A DNA stretch of 63,437 bases, counting the filler, from Collodictyon triciliatum (Eukaryota): assembly GCA_043381765.1 (NCBI GenBank). It is 11 parts of 11 records of this genome, joined end to end, with 100 filler letters (N's around TTAATTAATTAA, not from the genome) between each part and the next. Parts side by side here need not be neighbours in the genome. Positions count along the whole stretch, not along the records: positions 31,547 to 38,301 come from JBHJMP010004270.1; positions 38,402 to 45,154 come from JBHJMP010004271.1; positions 45,255 to 51,985 come from JBHJMP010004272.1; 8 more parts are not named here. The stretch is one strand, 5' to 3'. Shown piece after piece: positions 31,658 through 45,742 of this stretch. The position numbers and the translations under genes are program-made. Within the stretch, counting starts at the first letter, position 1. The number at the start of each line of letters is the position of its first letter. The notes beneath the pieces are model-generated. The model worked only from the letters and a program-made list of their open reading frames with translations, was not told the origin of the DNA and searched no databases.

Positions 31658-34600
31658 CTGTCCGCTTGCCATGGTAGAAAAGACTATAGCAAACATAGCT
31701 CTCATCACATCATCGAATTCCATTTCACCTTTATCAATAAGGACAGATCCATACCTATCCGTTACAAATAAATATGACATAGATGAAAACAAAGAGATAA
31801 ATGTAACTTGCAAGATAGCACATAAATATCGAGGTCTATATGATAACTCTTATATGTTTGTCCTATATTTTCGATATAGGTACAAGCACACGGATCAAGA
31901 TTAAAAAGAAAAAAAAGAGAAAACAATTCGGAAGAAGATACTGACCAGAAAGAAAGGGAGTAAGAAAAAAACAAAACTCCTTGGGAAACACCAAAACCCA
32001 TTCCGCTGTAGTGAGATTTCTTCACCCCAGAACGAAGAGGCTCAGCGAGTCTTCTCTGAAGAGAGGAGAATAGTAGAAGTTGTTCTGTCAAATATAGTCT
32101 GGCAGGTAATAAATACGTGTATGTAAAAACACACTGGTATTAGACGATGAATGACCTGATATTCTTGAAACATGCGCTCTTCCAGAGTGAAAGAAGAAAC
32201 TGTTCTGACACCAGAGATGGACTGTTGAAAATAAAAAAAACCATTTTAAAAACATATTCGTTTGATGGAAAAAGTAAGTTTACACTGATATTAGAATAAC
32301 TTGCCTGACTGATAATTTCGCCAGCATTCTCAAATGCTTTGGTTGCTTCCTTTGCAAAGCCGCCTACAAATGCCATCTGGAGATACCCAGAAATCACAAT
32401 GACAGGAGAAATTGAAAGGATTACCAAGGTGAGCTTCCAACCGGAGTAAAACGCAATAGCCAAACCAGCTGCGATTGTCACTAAATTCTGGACAGACATT
32501 TGAATCCTAAAAATCAGATATGTCATTTTTATGGAGTGTTTTCAAGGCCCAACAGCTATTATTTTTTTTAAAAAAAAATAATATCCATAACTAATTATAT
32601 ATAACTATAACAACTAAGTGAAAAGGAAGATTGCGAGGAAAAGAAAGGAAATAGAGAGGATGATATTTAACCTCATTACGTTCCCAGATACAAGGGTTGC
32701 ATCAGACGCCAATTTTGTGGCAAGCTTTCCGGTGGAATGACCAGGCATATCAAAGTACCTATTCGTACCAAGGTGCGCAGAAAGAAGTATCATTAGCTGA
32801 ATAGACTACGGTCCTCTAGAGAATAGCCATCTTACAATTTAATTAATTATATAAACACACCCAATATCTTGGTTGAGAATCGAAGCAAAACTCATGCGTC
32901 GTAATTTTCTTGTCAGACGCTCCGTAACTATACCGAAGGATGTTCCTCGGAAGGTTTCAAAAAGGAAAGATGCAATTCCAAGGCAAATAAACACGATAGC
33001 CCAAATCTTTGCCCCGTCACTATGTTTATTTCGTTTAAAATTGCTTAGTACAAGAGACATAGTGTGAGGAGGGGAAGTAAAGTAAAACCCTTAATTTACA
33101 CTTTAGGTATATTTATTTGATATGTAGCACACACCGTATTTCCTCGTCAGTGGTTTCGTAGAACGAGCGAACCATTTGGGTGAATGTCAAAGAATACACA
33201 GGCATCACACATCCATTCACAGCTGCATTTAGGACACCGAATATTGCCCAACCCAGGTCCTTTCTTATCAACTCAAATATTCGGACGATGGGAACTGCAG
33301 AGGCATCCTTTTCGTGGTCTTCTTCTACAACTGTCTATTATGAAAAAATTGTAAACAACCAAAAATAATATAAATTATTCAAGTCTATCGATAAATTAAG
33401 GCGTATTATTCTTGAAAATTTTTTGATAAGAGGATGAGCAAGATGCATTTTTCCATTAGTACTTTCTCGCCACCAGCATCATCCACTTTTGTCACAGTTT
33501 CGTCCTTTGATTTTTTAAAAGAATCCTTCCGAATGACGGCCTATATATGCAAAAGTGTGTTCCTTTCTTGAAAACAATAATAACAATAAAAAAAAATACC
33601 AATAATATATCAAGAACAAATGAAAATATAATAATATCTTGGACGTACATGTGAACTTTCATTTTTTTCATGACCATCATCCGATCCCTTGGTCTGCCGA
33701 AGAACTAAATTATAATAGTTTCCTTGTAGGGCCATCAGTTGCTCATGTCTCCCAGACTCGACGATGGAACCCTTATTCAGCACAATAATATTATCACAAT
33801 CACGAACAGTGCTAAGACGATGTGCGATGATAATTGTAGTTCTTTGGGCCATGGCATTTTCCAAGGCTGCTTGAACCTTTTAATTACAAAATTAAAAATA
33901 TAATTGAACAAAAGAAAATGAAGCAACAAGTTGATTGGAAATGTGACAATACACTACATATGTCTCCATGAAATTACATATTGATTGCATTTAATATTAT
34001 TTAATAATACCAATGCTTCGCTTTCTGTGTCAAGAGCACTAGTAGCCTCATCCAACAACAAAATAGGTGGATTTTTTAAAATCGCTCTCGCAATAGCGAT
34101 TCTTTGTTTCTGACCGCCTGAAAGTTGAACACCACGCTCGCCAACCTGTGTGTTGTACCTGATGAGGAGCAAGGTCAATCAATTGATGGATAAAAAAGCA
34201 CTATTCTGTAGCCATTTATTGATTCATAGTGCTGTGATTAAAAAAAAAAAAAGAGATAGAGAAGGTTTCTTAAACAACCCGTCGGGCAGCTTGGAGACAA
34301 AGTCGTGAGCATTTGCAATTTTTGCGGCATGGATAACTTCTTCCTACATGAACGAAATTCGTACAACTATTTATCACAGACCAAAGATTCCATAAAGGCA
34401 ATAATTCATAATTTTTTATACTAATAACATGCCTCTGTTGCGGTCACTCTCCCATTTAAAATGTTTTCTTTGATGGAACCAACAAATAGAGTGGGCTCCT
34501 AGTTGTTAGTATAATAGTTTTCAAATACATATAAAAATCAGATCCTTTTCTTCCTATTAAAATGTGGGACATACGATGTCGAGAATAAAAATAAAAATAA

Positions 34601-37190
34601 ATGGAATAAATTAAACCTGGCTGACCAGGCCGATATGTTGCCGAAGCCACTTTATGTTGTAATCTTTAATATTGATTCCATCAATAGTGATAATTCCAGC
34701 TTCAGGGTCATAGAATCGTTCCAGTAATGCGACCTGTTCAGGAGAGCAATTGTTTCATATAATATTTGTTTTCATTGTGGATAAGGAATATATTTCTTAA
34801 ACAAACAAGAGAACCAGAACCTACAAGATTTTTGATATATAGTGGCTAACTTACAACGCTGCTCTTTCCACTTCCTGTGCTACCAACAAGGGCAACTTTT
34901 TGTCCAGACGAAATGTTGATGCTCAGTCCATCAAAAATCAGCATTTCTGGTCGTGATGGGTAGCGGAACTTCACTCCCGAAAGACTCACATTTCCATGCT
35001 TTACCGGAACCCTTTACGAAAGATGTAAGAAAGCGGCAAAAGGATGGGCGTTACTGACACAGGAACAGCAGGTACATGTAAAAGGTCAATCATTAAGCAA
35101 TCATGAATAATTAAATACTTTAATCCAGCAGGAGATGCCGAGTCGATGCTGGGAACACGGTCGATTAAGTCGTGAACTTTCTTTGCAGCAACTCTGCCAT
35201 TAGCAATAATACCAAGATTCGGAGAGCCTTGCCCAATCGCCATAGCGCCCATCAGAACAGAGAAAAATACGGTCACAACATCACCACCTACATTGAAAAT
35301 AATAATGAGAATAAATATAATAAAAGTAGCCTACTTCAAAACAGCTAAATATAGATATGATAAAATTCACTTTAGACACGGTAGGTATCATTTGAATACA
35401 AGAGTCAAATAGTTGATTGTTACCTGTCATAGGCTCTCCGGATCGAGGGCTTTTCTCTCCTCGAATGATCAACTCAGCGCCGTACCTTTGACATGGATAA
35501 TAGATCAAATGAGTGTGGATATACATGATATACTCCATATTTATTTGGGAGGACCCACCAGAATGTTAGGGAGTATGAGCCGAACAAAATCAACATGGTC
35601 AAGCCCAAGCTGATTCCAGTATATATTCCTTTCTTAATTCCGATAATCTCCGTCTCAACAAGCTTGCTGTCATATTTTTCAATTTCCTTTTTTTCGCCAG
35701 CAAAGGAGGCGACAGTACGCACACAGGAAATGATTTCCTCGGCTATACCACCAGCCTTTACGTGTTGATTTTAGGGATTTAGTGAGTCGTTGAATCTTAA
35801 GATGAACTCAATACTACCATGAGGTTGATAGACTAAATTCTTAAAATTACCCCGGCATATGCAGCCTGAGACCTTTTGGCCAGTTCTCCAAAGATTTTTG
35901 TCCAAATTCCTCCGCAAAGAGCAAGAAGAGGCGCAACCGAAATAATAACTAATGTAAGTTGCCAGCCCTAAATAATCCATTTTATTTTAGCCTAGCGAAT
36001 GAATAAAGATAGACATGTTATCTAAAGTTGAACTGTGAAGTTAATTATTTTTTTTTTTAAAAAAAAAAGATAATTTCCACGGTTTACCTGAATAAATCCG
36101 ACAATAAACCCAAATAAAAAGGTAAAGAAATGATGGATTGTATTGCCAACTTTTTCGCCCATTGCATCTTGTATCTCTATGATGTCGCTAGAATAAAAAG
36201 TTGATAGGGAGGTTAAAGAAAAAAAAAAACAGAAAATAAAAGCAAAGGTAAAACGAAAAATAAAATAAAAACCTTGAAAGAGCAGATGTCAATTCCCCGG
36301 TCTTTTGTGTATCATACCAGCCGATATCTTGGCGAATGATAGCCTTAAAATACTCTTCTCTATATATGAGGGTGTTAGTATTTTTTTTTTTAAAAAAAAA
36401 ATCTTTTTCCGAGTGCCCAGGAGAATAATAGTGTACGAGGAATCTAAAACCTGTAGCGGATAGCCTGTCTTTCTCCTGTGATCATCCAGAACGTGACTTC
36501 GGTGTACGATAAAAAGAGGGCGCCTATTCCGACCATGGCAAAAATGAAAGCAACATCTTCAACCTTTTATTTATGTATCTTGAAGGTTAACTAACTTGAA
36601 AGTACTCCTAGTGAATTTTTATTATTTCGGACGCCCCAATGAAATGCAAGTTTTCTCTATGTTAAGAGCTTTTATCGATATATCCGACTATTTATTTTTG
36701 AGTTAATGTTTGTCCCTGTTTGATTTTTTTTTAAAAAAAAAACCTTGTTTAGAACTTCATCTTGAGAAGAGCTCAGGCTATCAAGCAATTCTCCAAATAT
36801 GATGGAAAAAAGAGGCATCACGGAACCGTTCGCGATGGCGCTGATGGAACCAATTGTCTACGAGTGGCGTGATTGTTGCATGTGTTATGGTGCGTGTGTA
36901 TAGCCATAGTGAATAATATACGTACAATCATTAAATGATATTTCATGATTAAGAATGTGAGGACGAAATCAAACCATATAGATGACGTCCCATTTGTCTG
37001 CAAAGCGGAATAGGGAAAGAAAGGGGACCATCTCTTTGACAGCAGGAGTCTCTGCCCCTTTTTCAGTCTCTATCTTGTGGGTGGTTGTGCCGCTTTCGGC
37101 AGGGATTGTAAAACTGCGGGACGAACCGACGGTGTTTGGCGAATGTCCATCGAGATGTTCCGTTCCAGCAACAGCCGGATACACGTCCAT
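31658..37190 (-). CDS. ABCB (P-glycoprotein/MDR-type) full transporter, 3'-truncated (second NBD lost at contig end)
   Basis: About 20 traced exons. TMD1 ([25 protein letters not shown]); NBD1 (FRYPSRP, Walker [19 protein letters not shown], signature [31 protein letters not shown]); linker; TMD2 (NQDIGYFD, GWKLTLV, FWYG). Confidence 0.95.
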
Positions 37191-38401
37191 TTCGACCTGC
37201 TCGTATCAATTTGTTTTTGTAATATGTCGAGATCGGAAAAGATTTCATAGTGAAGGGAGCCACTACTCTGACACATGTGTTGGGTATACCAGAGGGAACC
37301 GGTGCATGGGATCGAAATAATTCACTCGATAAGAATAAAAAAATATAAAATGATGGATGAATATGTGTCAATGGGGTTAAGGATACAGTATTATGCCTAT
37401 TACATTATATTTTCTTTCCTTTACTCCTTGATGAGCGGGGAAAAAAAAGTATGGGATAGGTCGGAGACAAATCAATATTGTTACAGACCTCAATGGGAAA
37501 AGACGGTGCCGAATATGGACGTCCGAACTGATCGGTATCGAGCTTCATCGTGGTAGATGAGTATGCGGACGCTGCTTCGGTATGAGTGAAGCGTCGATCT
37601 GTTGAGCCTTCCTCTAAATGGAGACGTTTTGATTATTTCAAAGTTTGCATCTTCTGCTGCTCACTTTTAAATATATTTGTAAGTCGCTTTGTATTCGTTT
37701 CGCCAACGTTATTTTGCGTAAGTGTTTCTGTTTGTGTTTTGTTACTTGTGTTCGAAAGAAAAACAATAGAGGACTAGAGATTAAGAAAAAAAAAGAGTAA
37801 CAAGGAGGAGAAGCATGACTACTGTTCACACATGCAAAGTCCTAATCAGACTTTTGTCATATTGCAGCTTGATGTGTAAGCAAGCAAACTAAAAAAAAAA
37901 AAAAATAAAAAAAATAAACTGAAGAGGAAAGAATTGTCATATGGTCGCCTTCAGTCTATTTGGTTGCATCAGTTTCAGCTTCAGTTGATATGAAAGAAAA
38001 GAGAAGGAAAGGTAAGCCAAATGTGAAGGAAGAGGAAGGGGAAGATAAAGTGCCATTGCCCTCACACTTTGCAAAGAAAACTGCTACATGGGTGTTTCTC
38101 TTGAAACAATATGACCTGAGTAAAGCACGAACTGACGTAAATACAAAGATTATATAAATGGCCGGATATGCATAGGTCGCGCTGGCCAGCTACCCGACCA
38201 CAAGAAAGGATGCCCCTTTATGAGGAGAGTTTAAAACAAAAACAAAAACAAAAAATTAAAAAAAATAAACAAAACAAAAAACAAAACAAAAAAAAAACAA
38301 ANNNNNNNNNNNNNNNNNNNNNNNNNNNNNNNNNNNNNNNNNNNNTTAATTAATTAANNNNNNNNNNNNNNNNNNNNNNNNNNNNNNNNNNNNNNNNNNN
38401 N

Positions 38402-40160
38402 ATATGAGCCAGTTTCAAAACTGAATGTCCCAGCTGGGCATGATGTGCATGATGCTTGACCATCTCTATCATTCCAAGTGCCTTGTGGACACTCATAACA
38501 TGATGAGCTTCCATATGAGCCGGAGTTTGAGTTGATTGTGCCTTTTGGACAAGCATAGCATGATTTTGAGTCTTTCGTGATGCCTTCTTTTTGATAAAAT
38601 CCTGATGAGCATAGGATGCATGATGAGCTTCTTTCTGAGCTGTAGCTTCCATTTGGACATGAGATGCATGATGATTCGTTGAATGAACCAGTTTCAAAAC
38701 TGAATGTTCCGGCTGGACACGACAGACATTCGTTTCTCTCTTCGTTTGAGTAACTTCCTTGGGGACAAACAAGACACGATAGTTCAGAATTCGAACCAAA
38801 TCTTGGATTATGCGTCCCTTCAGTACAAACAGTGCACTCAGTCTGTCCGGGATATGGGTTGTAGGAACCAGATGGACAAGGCTCACATGCTGATTCTCCT
38901 GATCTGGTCGTAAATCTTCCCGATGGACAAGGCTGGCAACTGCTTACACTGGTTGATGCAACATTTGGGTTAAAAGAGCCTGCAGCACATGCCTGGCAAG
39001 CGGCGGACTTCGTTGCATTTGAATAAGTCCCTGGCTGGCAAGGTGTGCAAAATGTTTTTCCAGCTTCTTCGTTGTAAAATCCCAGCGGGCAATCAAAACA
39101 AGAAGTTTGACCTTGTATGTTGCTGAAGGTTCCAAGTTCGCAATTCTGGCATGAAGTTTGACCAGTCATGGAGTTGAATGTACCAGCTGGGCACAAAATA
39201 CAAGCACTGGTGTTTGTAGAGCCAGTAGATGGATTAAACGAGCCAGCTGCACATAAAGAACAAGAAGCGCTCCCAATGCCACTGTAGCTTCCAGCTTGGC
39301 ATGATTGGCACGACTGTGAAACTGAATCATAGAATGAACCAGCGACACAAAATCCCCAAACCTTGATTGTGTAGTCAGCGCTTCCAGAGACCATTTTTGA
39401 CCCATCAGGAGTAATAAAAACACTGTTAACAGTTCTACTATGTCCACTTAGGGTGCGAATCAAAGCTCCATCAGAAATGTTCCAAATTTTGACGGTAAAA
39501 TCATCACTTCCAGAAACAATTTTTGAGCCATCAGGAGTAATAGCAACACTGTTAACAATGCTACTATGTCCACTTAATGTGCGAATCAAAGCTCCATCAG
39601 AAATATTCCAAATTTTGACGGTAAAATCATCACTTCCAGAAACAACCTTAGAGCCATCAGGAGTAATAGCAACACTCATAACACTTCTAGTATGATCCCT
39701 TAATGTGCGAATCAAGGCTCCATCCGAAATATTCCAAATTTTGACGGTAAAATCGCCACTTCCAGTAACAATCTTTGAGCCGTCAGGAGTAACAGCAACA
39801 CTGTAAACATCGTCGCTATGACCAGTCATTATACGAAGCAGAATTCCGTCAGAAAGATTCCAGATTTTGATTGTTCCATCGCCACTTCCAGAAACAATCT
39901 TTGAGCCGTCAGAAGTAACAGCAGCACTGTTGACATAGCTGGTTTGACCAGCCAGTGTTCGAACTAGATAATTTTCTTGCCCTATGACATGACAAACTTG
40001 GCAGTGGATTATGAATCCTATATAAATGATAATTACTGATAATTCTAGTTTAGGCCGGATTTTAGAGCAAAAAAAACCAAAAATACTCGTACATACAAAA
40101 AGAAGCTCTCAACAAACCTAACAGCAAAACGGCTCTAAAAGACTTCAAATTCAGTCTCAT
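38402..40160 (-). CDS. Signal peptide + 5 WD40 repeats + Cys-rich (ephrin-receptor-like/GCC2-GCC3) repeats, 3'-truncated
   Basis: Exon 40160-40118, GT-AG intron 40117-40018, then one open exon to the contig end. Gives MRLNLKSFRAVLLLGFIIHCQVCHVIG, five units of the type GHxxxVxSVAxTPDGSKxVSGSxDxTVKIW, then many CxxCPxGxF/Y repeats. Confidence 0.85.
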
Positions 40161-40839
40161 TCTATATTTGGCAGAGTATTTAGAATATATAGTTAAATAA
40201 GTATTGTAATAGTCTCACTGAACATTCAATTTTAGATATTTTCACTCCGCACATTTATTTCCTTCTGTTGGTTTAATTATTTAAATCAATCTTTCAACTC
40301 TTTTCTTATTTGTTATGTTTACTCAAGGTATTTATTTCTCCCAAAAACATAATCAATTTTTACATTTAAGAAAATTTCAGTTGAATTCTCTTATCGTACA
40401 AATCAAAAGGAGAGAGGAGCGATAAAAGGATATATCACATCAGCAGGGAATATGAGATTAAGTATGTTATGTTGGCCAGATAAATTCATGGCACTCTTTG
40501 AAACTAATTGTTCATAAAATGCTGTATCCGCTCAAATCATTGTTTAACATCTATTTCGATACAAAATATGAGAAAACTTATGTGTTTAATTCAAATTTTA
40601 ATACATATGTGAGTATGCTCTTATTTAAGCCATTTTATATTGTTATCATGCATAACCATGTCTCATACTCAATAAAATATACTACCATCAAATATTATAT
40701 TATGAAAGGTTTCAAATGACGCAAAGGTTCATATGAGCTCATTTTCTTATGATTCACAATTTTTATTGTGATAATTGAAAATAAAATGATGAATGTGGTT
40801 TACAAAAATCAAAATATCATAAAGACCATAATTTAATCG

Positions 40840-42985
40840 CTAGGGATTTTGGTAACATAATTTTTCATCGAGATGGCAATTAAAGTTTGCATCGAGTAAA
40901 CAGGCATATCGTAATTTTAATATTCTAATGTAAATTTAGACATATTAATCTACGTGTTTGTGATAAATTATGTTTGCTTAAAGGAATATACATGACACCC
41001 GACACTCTGTTAACAGTGCGTATTTAGTAATTGAACCAGGTCTACGAAGTCACGCCATGATATTCAAAATGTGGTGATAAAGGACATATTGGTGTCTATG
41101 TTTGCTTATAATATTTAATTCATATAATTGAATGCTACGAGTAATTCTTTTGTAATAACAATGTAAGAATATGGGATATTTAATATAATAAAATATTTTT
41201 GTGACAAATTTACTTCGACATTGTACTGCAAAATTCGAAAACATAAACGATATATCAGACGATGAAATGTAACCATAGTAAATTATTCAATAGCACCATT
41301 GTGACATAATGAGAGAAATTCCAAGAAATCGAATACATACTCAATCACTTACAACCTTCATTAATACATCTCCTTGAATGCTTCTCGGTATCTATAAACA
41401 AAAAAATCGACCATTGGTAAATAGGTGGAGTTTTTCTTTGTAAATATCTTCATCCTTCGAGAAGTCATTTCAAATTTAATCGATAAAATACCTGCAGACC
41501 GATCCAATATGCAAGTGTACTACCAGAACTGTCAAATCTAAGAGGGAAAAAAAATGACTGGAACCATGTCGCCGGAAAAATTAAATTTATATCCAGATTC
41601 CATTAACATAAGCAAACTGATATCTTTCTTTTTCGAAAACATTATGTGACCATGGTCTTCATACTAACATTTAAAAAGAAAAAAGATAGTTTCATCGTTT
41701 CATATAACAGAAATCATTAAATAATATTATGAACACTTCAATCAGAGAGAATTCACTGTTACAGGGATGCCGTGGTCATTCTGGTGTACATTACCCTAAA
41801 ATCTTCAGTTGTGTTCAAATATCATACCAATATCGTACAAAATCGACATTTTAAGAGGCTAGAAACTTAGGAAATACTAACATGTATATATGCTCATAAA
41901 TTAATACTCCTATCGCAGTAGATGAAATATATCTATATAGTATTTTAGAGTGTTTGAAAGGAAATTACACATCCCTTACAGTTCATGGTCTTTTTAAGTG
42001 ATAGTTTCCAGACACCTCGCGAGAAATTGCCAGACAAGCTCTGATCAATCAATCCTTACTCGAAATGAAGCACCCTATATAAAAGTAATTGATTTCTGAA
42101 CTTGAAGTCCTGCTGTTTCTTTGCACAGCAGTTGGCGTACCCCTGCGTCATATTTAATAGAACTGGATATGTAAAAGTGAATAGGTATCTGGAACTGCGG
42201 CATGACTTATATAATGGCCATTTAATCAAAACATGCACTACAGTAGTTTCCAAGAACGAGCAAAATCAAGCCTGCATCCTTTGATTCGAATGACCACAGT
42301 GTCATTTTGTAGCCGACGCACTAGGTGAACAAAGTTTCCCTCAAGCTGCATGTAATCATGGTTTTATCGAATGTATAGATGACACGTGAACAATATATTT
42401 CATTAGGTTTTCTAGAGGATATGTGGGAATCTGCATGGAAAGAATTCATCAGGTGTTTTTTTTTTTGTTCCTGTGCGATTCATATTTCAAGATTTCCAGT
42501 TCAATAATCATGGTGAGGTCTTTCTGGTAATAAAAATAAAATAAAATAAAATAAATAGAGCAGAATGATATTCAAAACGTTAAAGTATGCAGGCTTCTGC
42601 ATGAAATCTTCGCTTGGAAATCCAGAATGCTACACAGACAGCTATGAATCTCAAGCATGCCGATGACCTCGCTGGCCTCTCGAGGCTGTGCGCTCTGGGG
42701 ATTCATGATTTTAAAGAATTCTCATATATCCTCACTGAAGATTGCCAATTTGAAAACATCATTAGTATAGTTTTCATTTTTGCTGGGTCAGATGGAAAAA
42801 ATAGAATTTTATATGTAGGAAAAGCCCTATCCAAAAGGGGGTTACCGAAGGTGTATGAATAAACTAGCCTCCGTTACACTTGGACGCTCAGTCTTTGTCA
42901 GAATGCAGCCTTCCGGAATGGGTCTATTGGAAAAAATTGCATTCATATATTATCAAAAAAATTTACATCCCAGCGCCTTAGCACG

Positions 42986-43038
<53 letters not shown>

Positions 43039-43403
43039 TACAGTGAATATGGACATTCGCTATCATAATGGTGAATCATCCGAATAAAAAGACTTTGTTT
43101 TTTGGTAAGCGCACGAATAATCCAGCCTGTGGTCAATTTTCAGTAACAATTCGTGGAATGTCCGATAATTTTTGGGAGCAAAGGCTTGGGACTAGGAGTA
43201 AGGAACCAAAGTTCAGAACAAAGTATCAGGGTGGTGAGGGAAAAGGAAGGCAACTTTGATGTTGAACAGCCATCATGCAGTACTACAGTAATGGTCAAGG
43301 ATTCTTTCTGGTCCAGGGATTGGGTGTGTTGGCTCATCATGAGACCATTCTGGTCGCTGAAAGGCTTTTTTAGGTCACTCGTATGTGTAAGCAATAGAGC
43401 CAA
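40840..43403 (-). CDS. Possible multi-exon gene of unknown function
   Basis: A series of short AG..GT-bounded open segments (e.g. PIPEGCILTKTERPS, HSGFPSEDFMQKPAYFN, FDSSGSTLAYWIGLQ, IPRSIQGDVLMKV). I could not close a full model. Confidence 0.3.
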
Positions 43404-44430
43404 AGTAAAATGATGTTTTGGACTGTGATTGGGCTTTTCTTTCTTCTTTTTTTTTTTTATTTTGCTCTTGTGTGATGATCTCTTGATTGTGAGTTGATCT
43501 TAAGTAGTGTGCTTCTCATTTCTTTCTTTTTCCTATTTTCTTTTCAGTTCTTTTTTCTATTCTTTGTTCTTGATTTTTATTCATTAGCTCTTTTTAAATT
43601 ATTTTCTTCTTTCTGTTTTCTTTTCAATATGTTTCCAGCGGGCAATCAAGCGCAGGTACTAGCAATCATGTTGGGAAGTCCGCCGTGTGTCTGGTGCTTC
43701 TGTCCCCCGCAGTCTGGCGAGCATGCCTGGTACCAGCGCCTGAAATAACACAATGGCCAGTGACAGGCTATATATACCCCTCTTCCCCTAGTACGCTTCA
43801 TGCTTCAAGTCACAAACCCATTGCCACTCCTCGGCTTGACATTTTCCATGACGCGTTGTCAAGTTCTGTCAAACGTTCATAGCGAAAATGTCGCATGAGA
43901 AAAGACAGTTTAGTTAAATTGGATTGAGTGCTGTATTCAGAAAATCGATTTCTTTACCAAAAAGAATCATTATTCCAGATTTGGTTTAGATGGGGAGGTA
44001 CTATCCGCTACTTTGGAAATTAAACTGGGCGTTGAATTCGCGGTTCGTTATTCGCAACTAGGGGTTTTGCCTAGAAACCAGGGCGCAAATGCCCCCAGGG
44101 CTCATAGAGGAGAATTCATGGCTTTTGCCCAAATGCCCCAGGGAACAGGCAGCGGCGACATCGGATGGGCAACGAACGAGTAAGAGAGATCAGACCCGAA
44201 AGCAAAATGAATCCCAAATAATCCCGCAAGGATTGAACGCACTTTGAGGTTGGTCAAAGGTAAAAAGGTCGAGACATGGAAAAAGAACAGCGAATAGAGA
44301 TGAGTTAGACAATCTAGTTATTAGCAGCTCTGGGAGCTTTATCCGTTTCTACATTGCAAACAAGAGGGCAACACCATAAAACAAAAAATAGAGTAATTGA
44401 CCAGTGCGGACACAAAAGCAACCCAGATAG

Positions 44431-44831
44431 TGATTTATTCATCCTTTCGATTTTGTGAAGATGGTGGGGATTTTGGGTTTGGTTCGCTAGCCATCGTTTG
44501 CATGGGCGCTACTTGTTGGCCGGGCGGAGAAGTAGTCGGTAATCAGGTATTGCATCCTGCAGTTTGGCCTGTAGCCTGGGTCTTGTGCCTGCATGAGAGA
44601 TACGAAGCGAGGTTTAATATCCTTTCTCAGCTTCTTTCCACATGTCTCTTCTCACAGGGTCTGAGTAATAGAGGACGTTCAGGTGGCGAAGGAAGCTGTT
44701 GACGAAAGAGATTTGTATGATGCCATTCAGTCTGTTATCAGGAATGGGTGGCTGGTTGTTGAGTCTTGCTTTGCATGAGTATATGCGCGCTATCCACATA
44801 ATCCATGGCAAATGGCCTCGCGTCAATGATC
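44431..44831 (-). mobile_element. Longest (~400 bp) copy of retroelement family A, with a degenerate ORF C-terminus
   Basis: Flanked by CAAAAGCAACCCAGATAG (44413-44430) and CAAAAGCAACCCCGATCG (44832-44849), 16/18 identical. Minus strand encodes ..LPWIMWIARIY.., then after a frameshift ..TDYFSARPTSSAHANDG-TAG, a short UTR and AATAAA. Confidence 0.8.
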
Positions 44832-45024
44832 CAAAAGCAACCCCGATCGACTCTCAAGGTCACCTGCTAAGGTTCTCTTAGGGGGCAGATTTAATCACCC
44901 TTAGTGATGCCGTCCTGTTATCCAACCTCGTTCTTACGGATGCTCAGAATTGTTTGATACTGCGATAAGAGCACTCTCCCATAGCTATGCAATCGTAAAC
45001 TTGTTAGGCTTTTGTAATTGGTTC

Positions 45025-45154
<130 letters not shown>

Positions 45155-45254
45155 NNNNNNNNNNNNNNNNNNNNNNNNNNNNNNNNNNNNNNNNNNNNTT
45201 AATTAATTAANNNNNNNNNNNNNNNNNNNNNNNNNNNNNNNNNNNNNNNNNNNN

Positions 45255-45742
45255 CACTTGTCCATGCGATACTTTTCCTTTATCTCTTCAGTAATGAGCG
45301 CGTCGTTGTCTCCTCCGGCATTTCTGTTCCACACAGACGAAAGGTCTGCCACGTCCAGCCCGCCCGTGATGGAGCTTGACAGGGACATGCGCATAAGGTC
45401 TCGCTCTTCCTTCTTTTCATGGTGGCCATGACTGTAAACACTTGTCATCGGTGATGGTTTGGCCTCCTCCGTGTGTTCCTTGTAATTCTTTCTCGGATCC
45501 AGCCCAGCAAAGTAATCTTGTGTTCGAGTACTTTCTTTCCTTATTTTTTTATTTTTACCACTGCTGTTAATGCTGATATTTATTGACTTGTTTATTGGGC
45601 TAAGTTGGTTGGATGTGTGTGCGAGTGGGTGTGCGAGTGAGGGTGGGTGCGCACAGTCCCGAGGAATAGCCGTTTGGTGTATATTGTGCCGACACACGGA
45701 CATGAGTGTGTGCATTCCGAACGGCTGGGTTCCTCCGGACAT
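45255..45742 (-). CDS. 5' part of a hypothetical protein truncated by contig end
   Basis: Higher-GC open frame from ATG 45742 to the gap (..QDYFAGLDPRKNYKEH..EEIKEKYRMDK). No recognisable domain. Confidence 0.45.

Noticed and set aside
39360-39960. Regularly spaced repeats as a CRISPR-like array
   Set aside because: They are 126-bp in-frame WD40 coding repeats without unique spacers, in a eukaryotic spliced gene.
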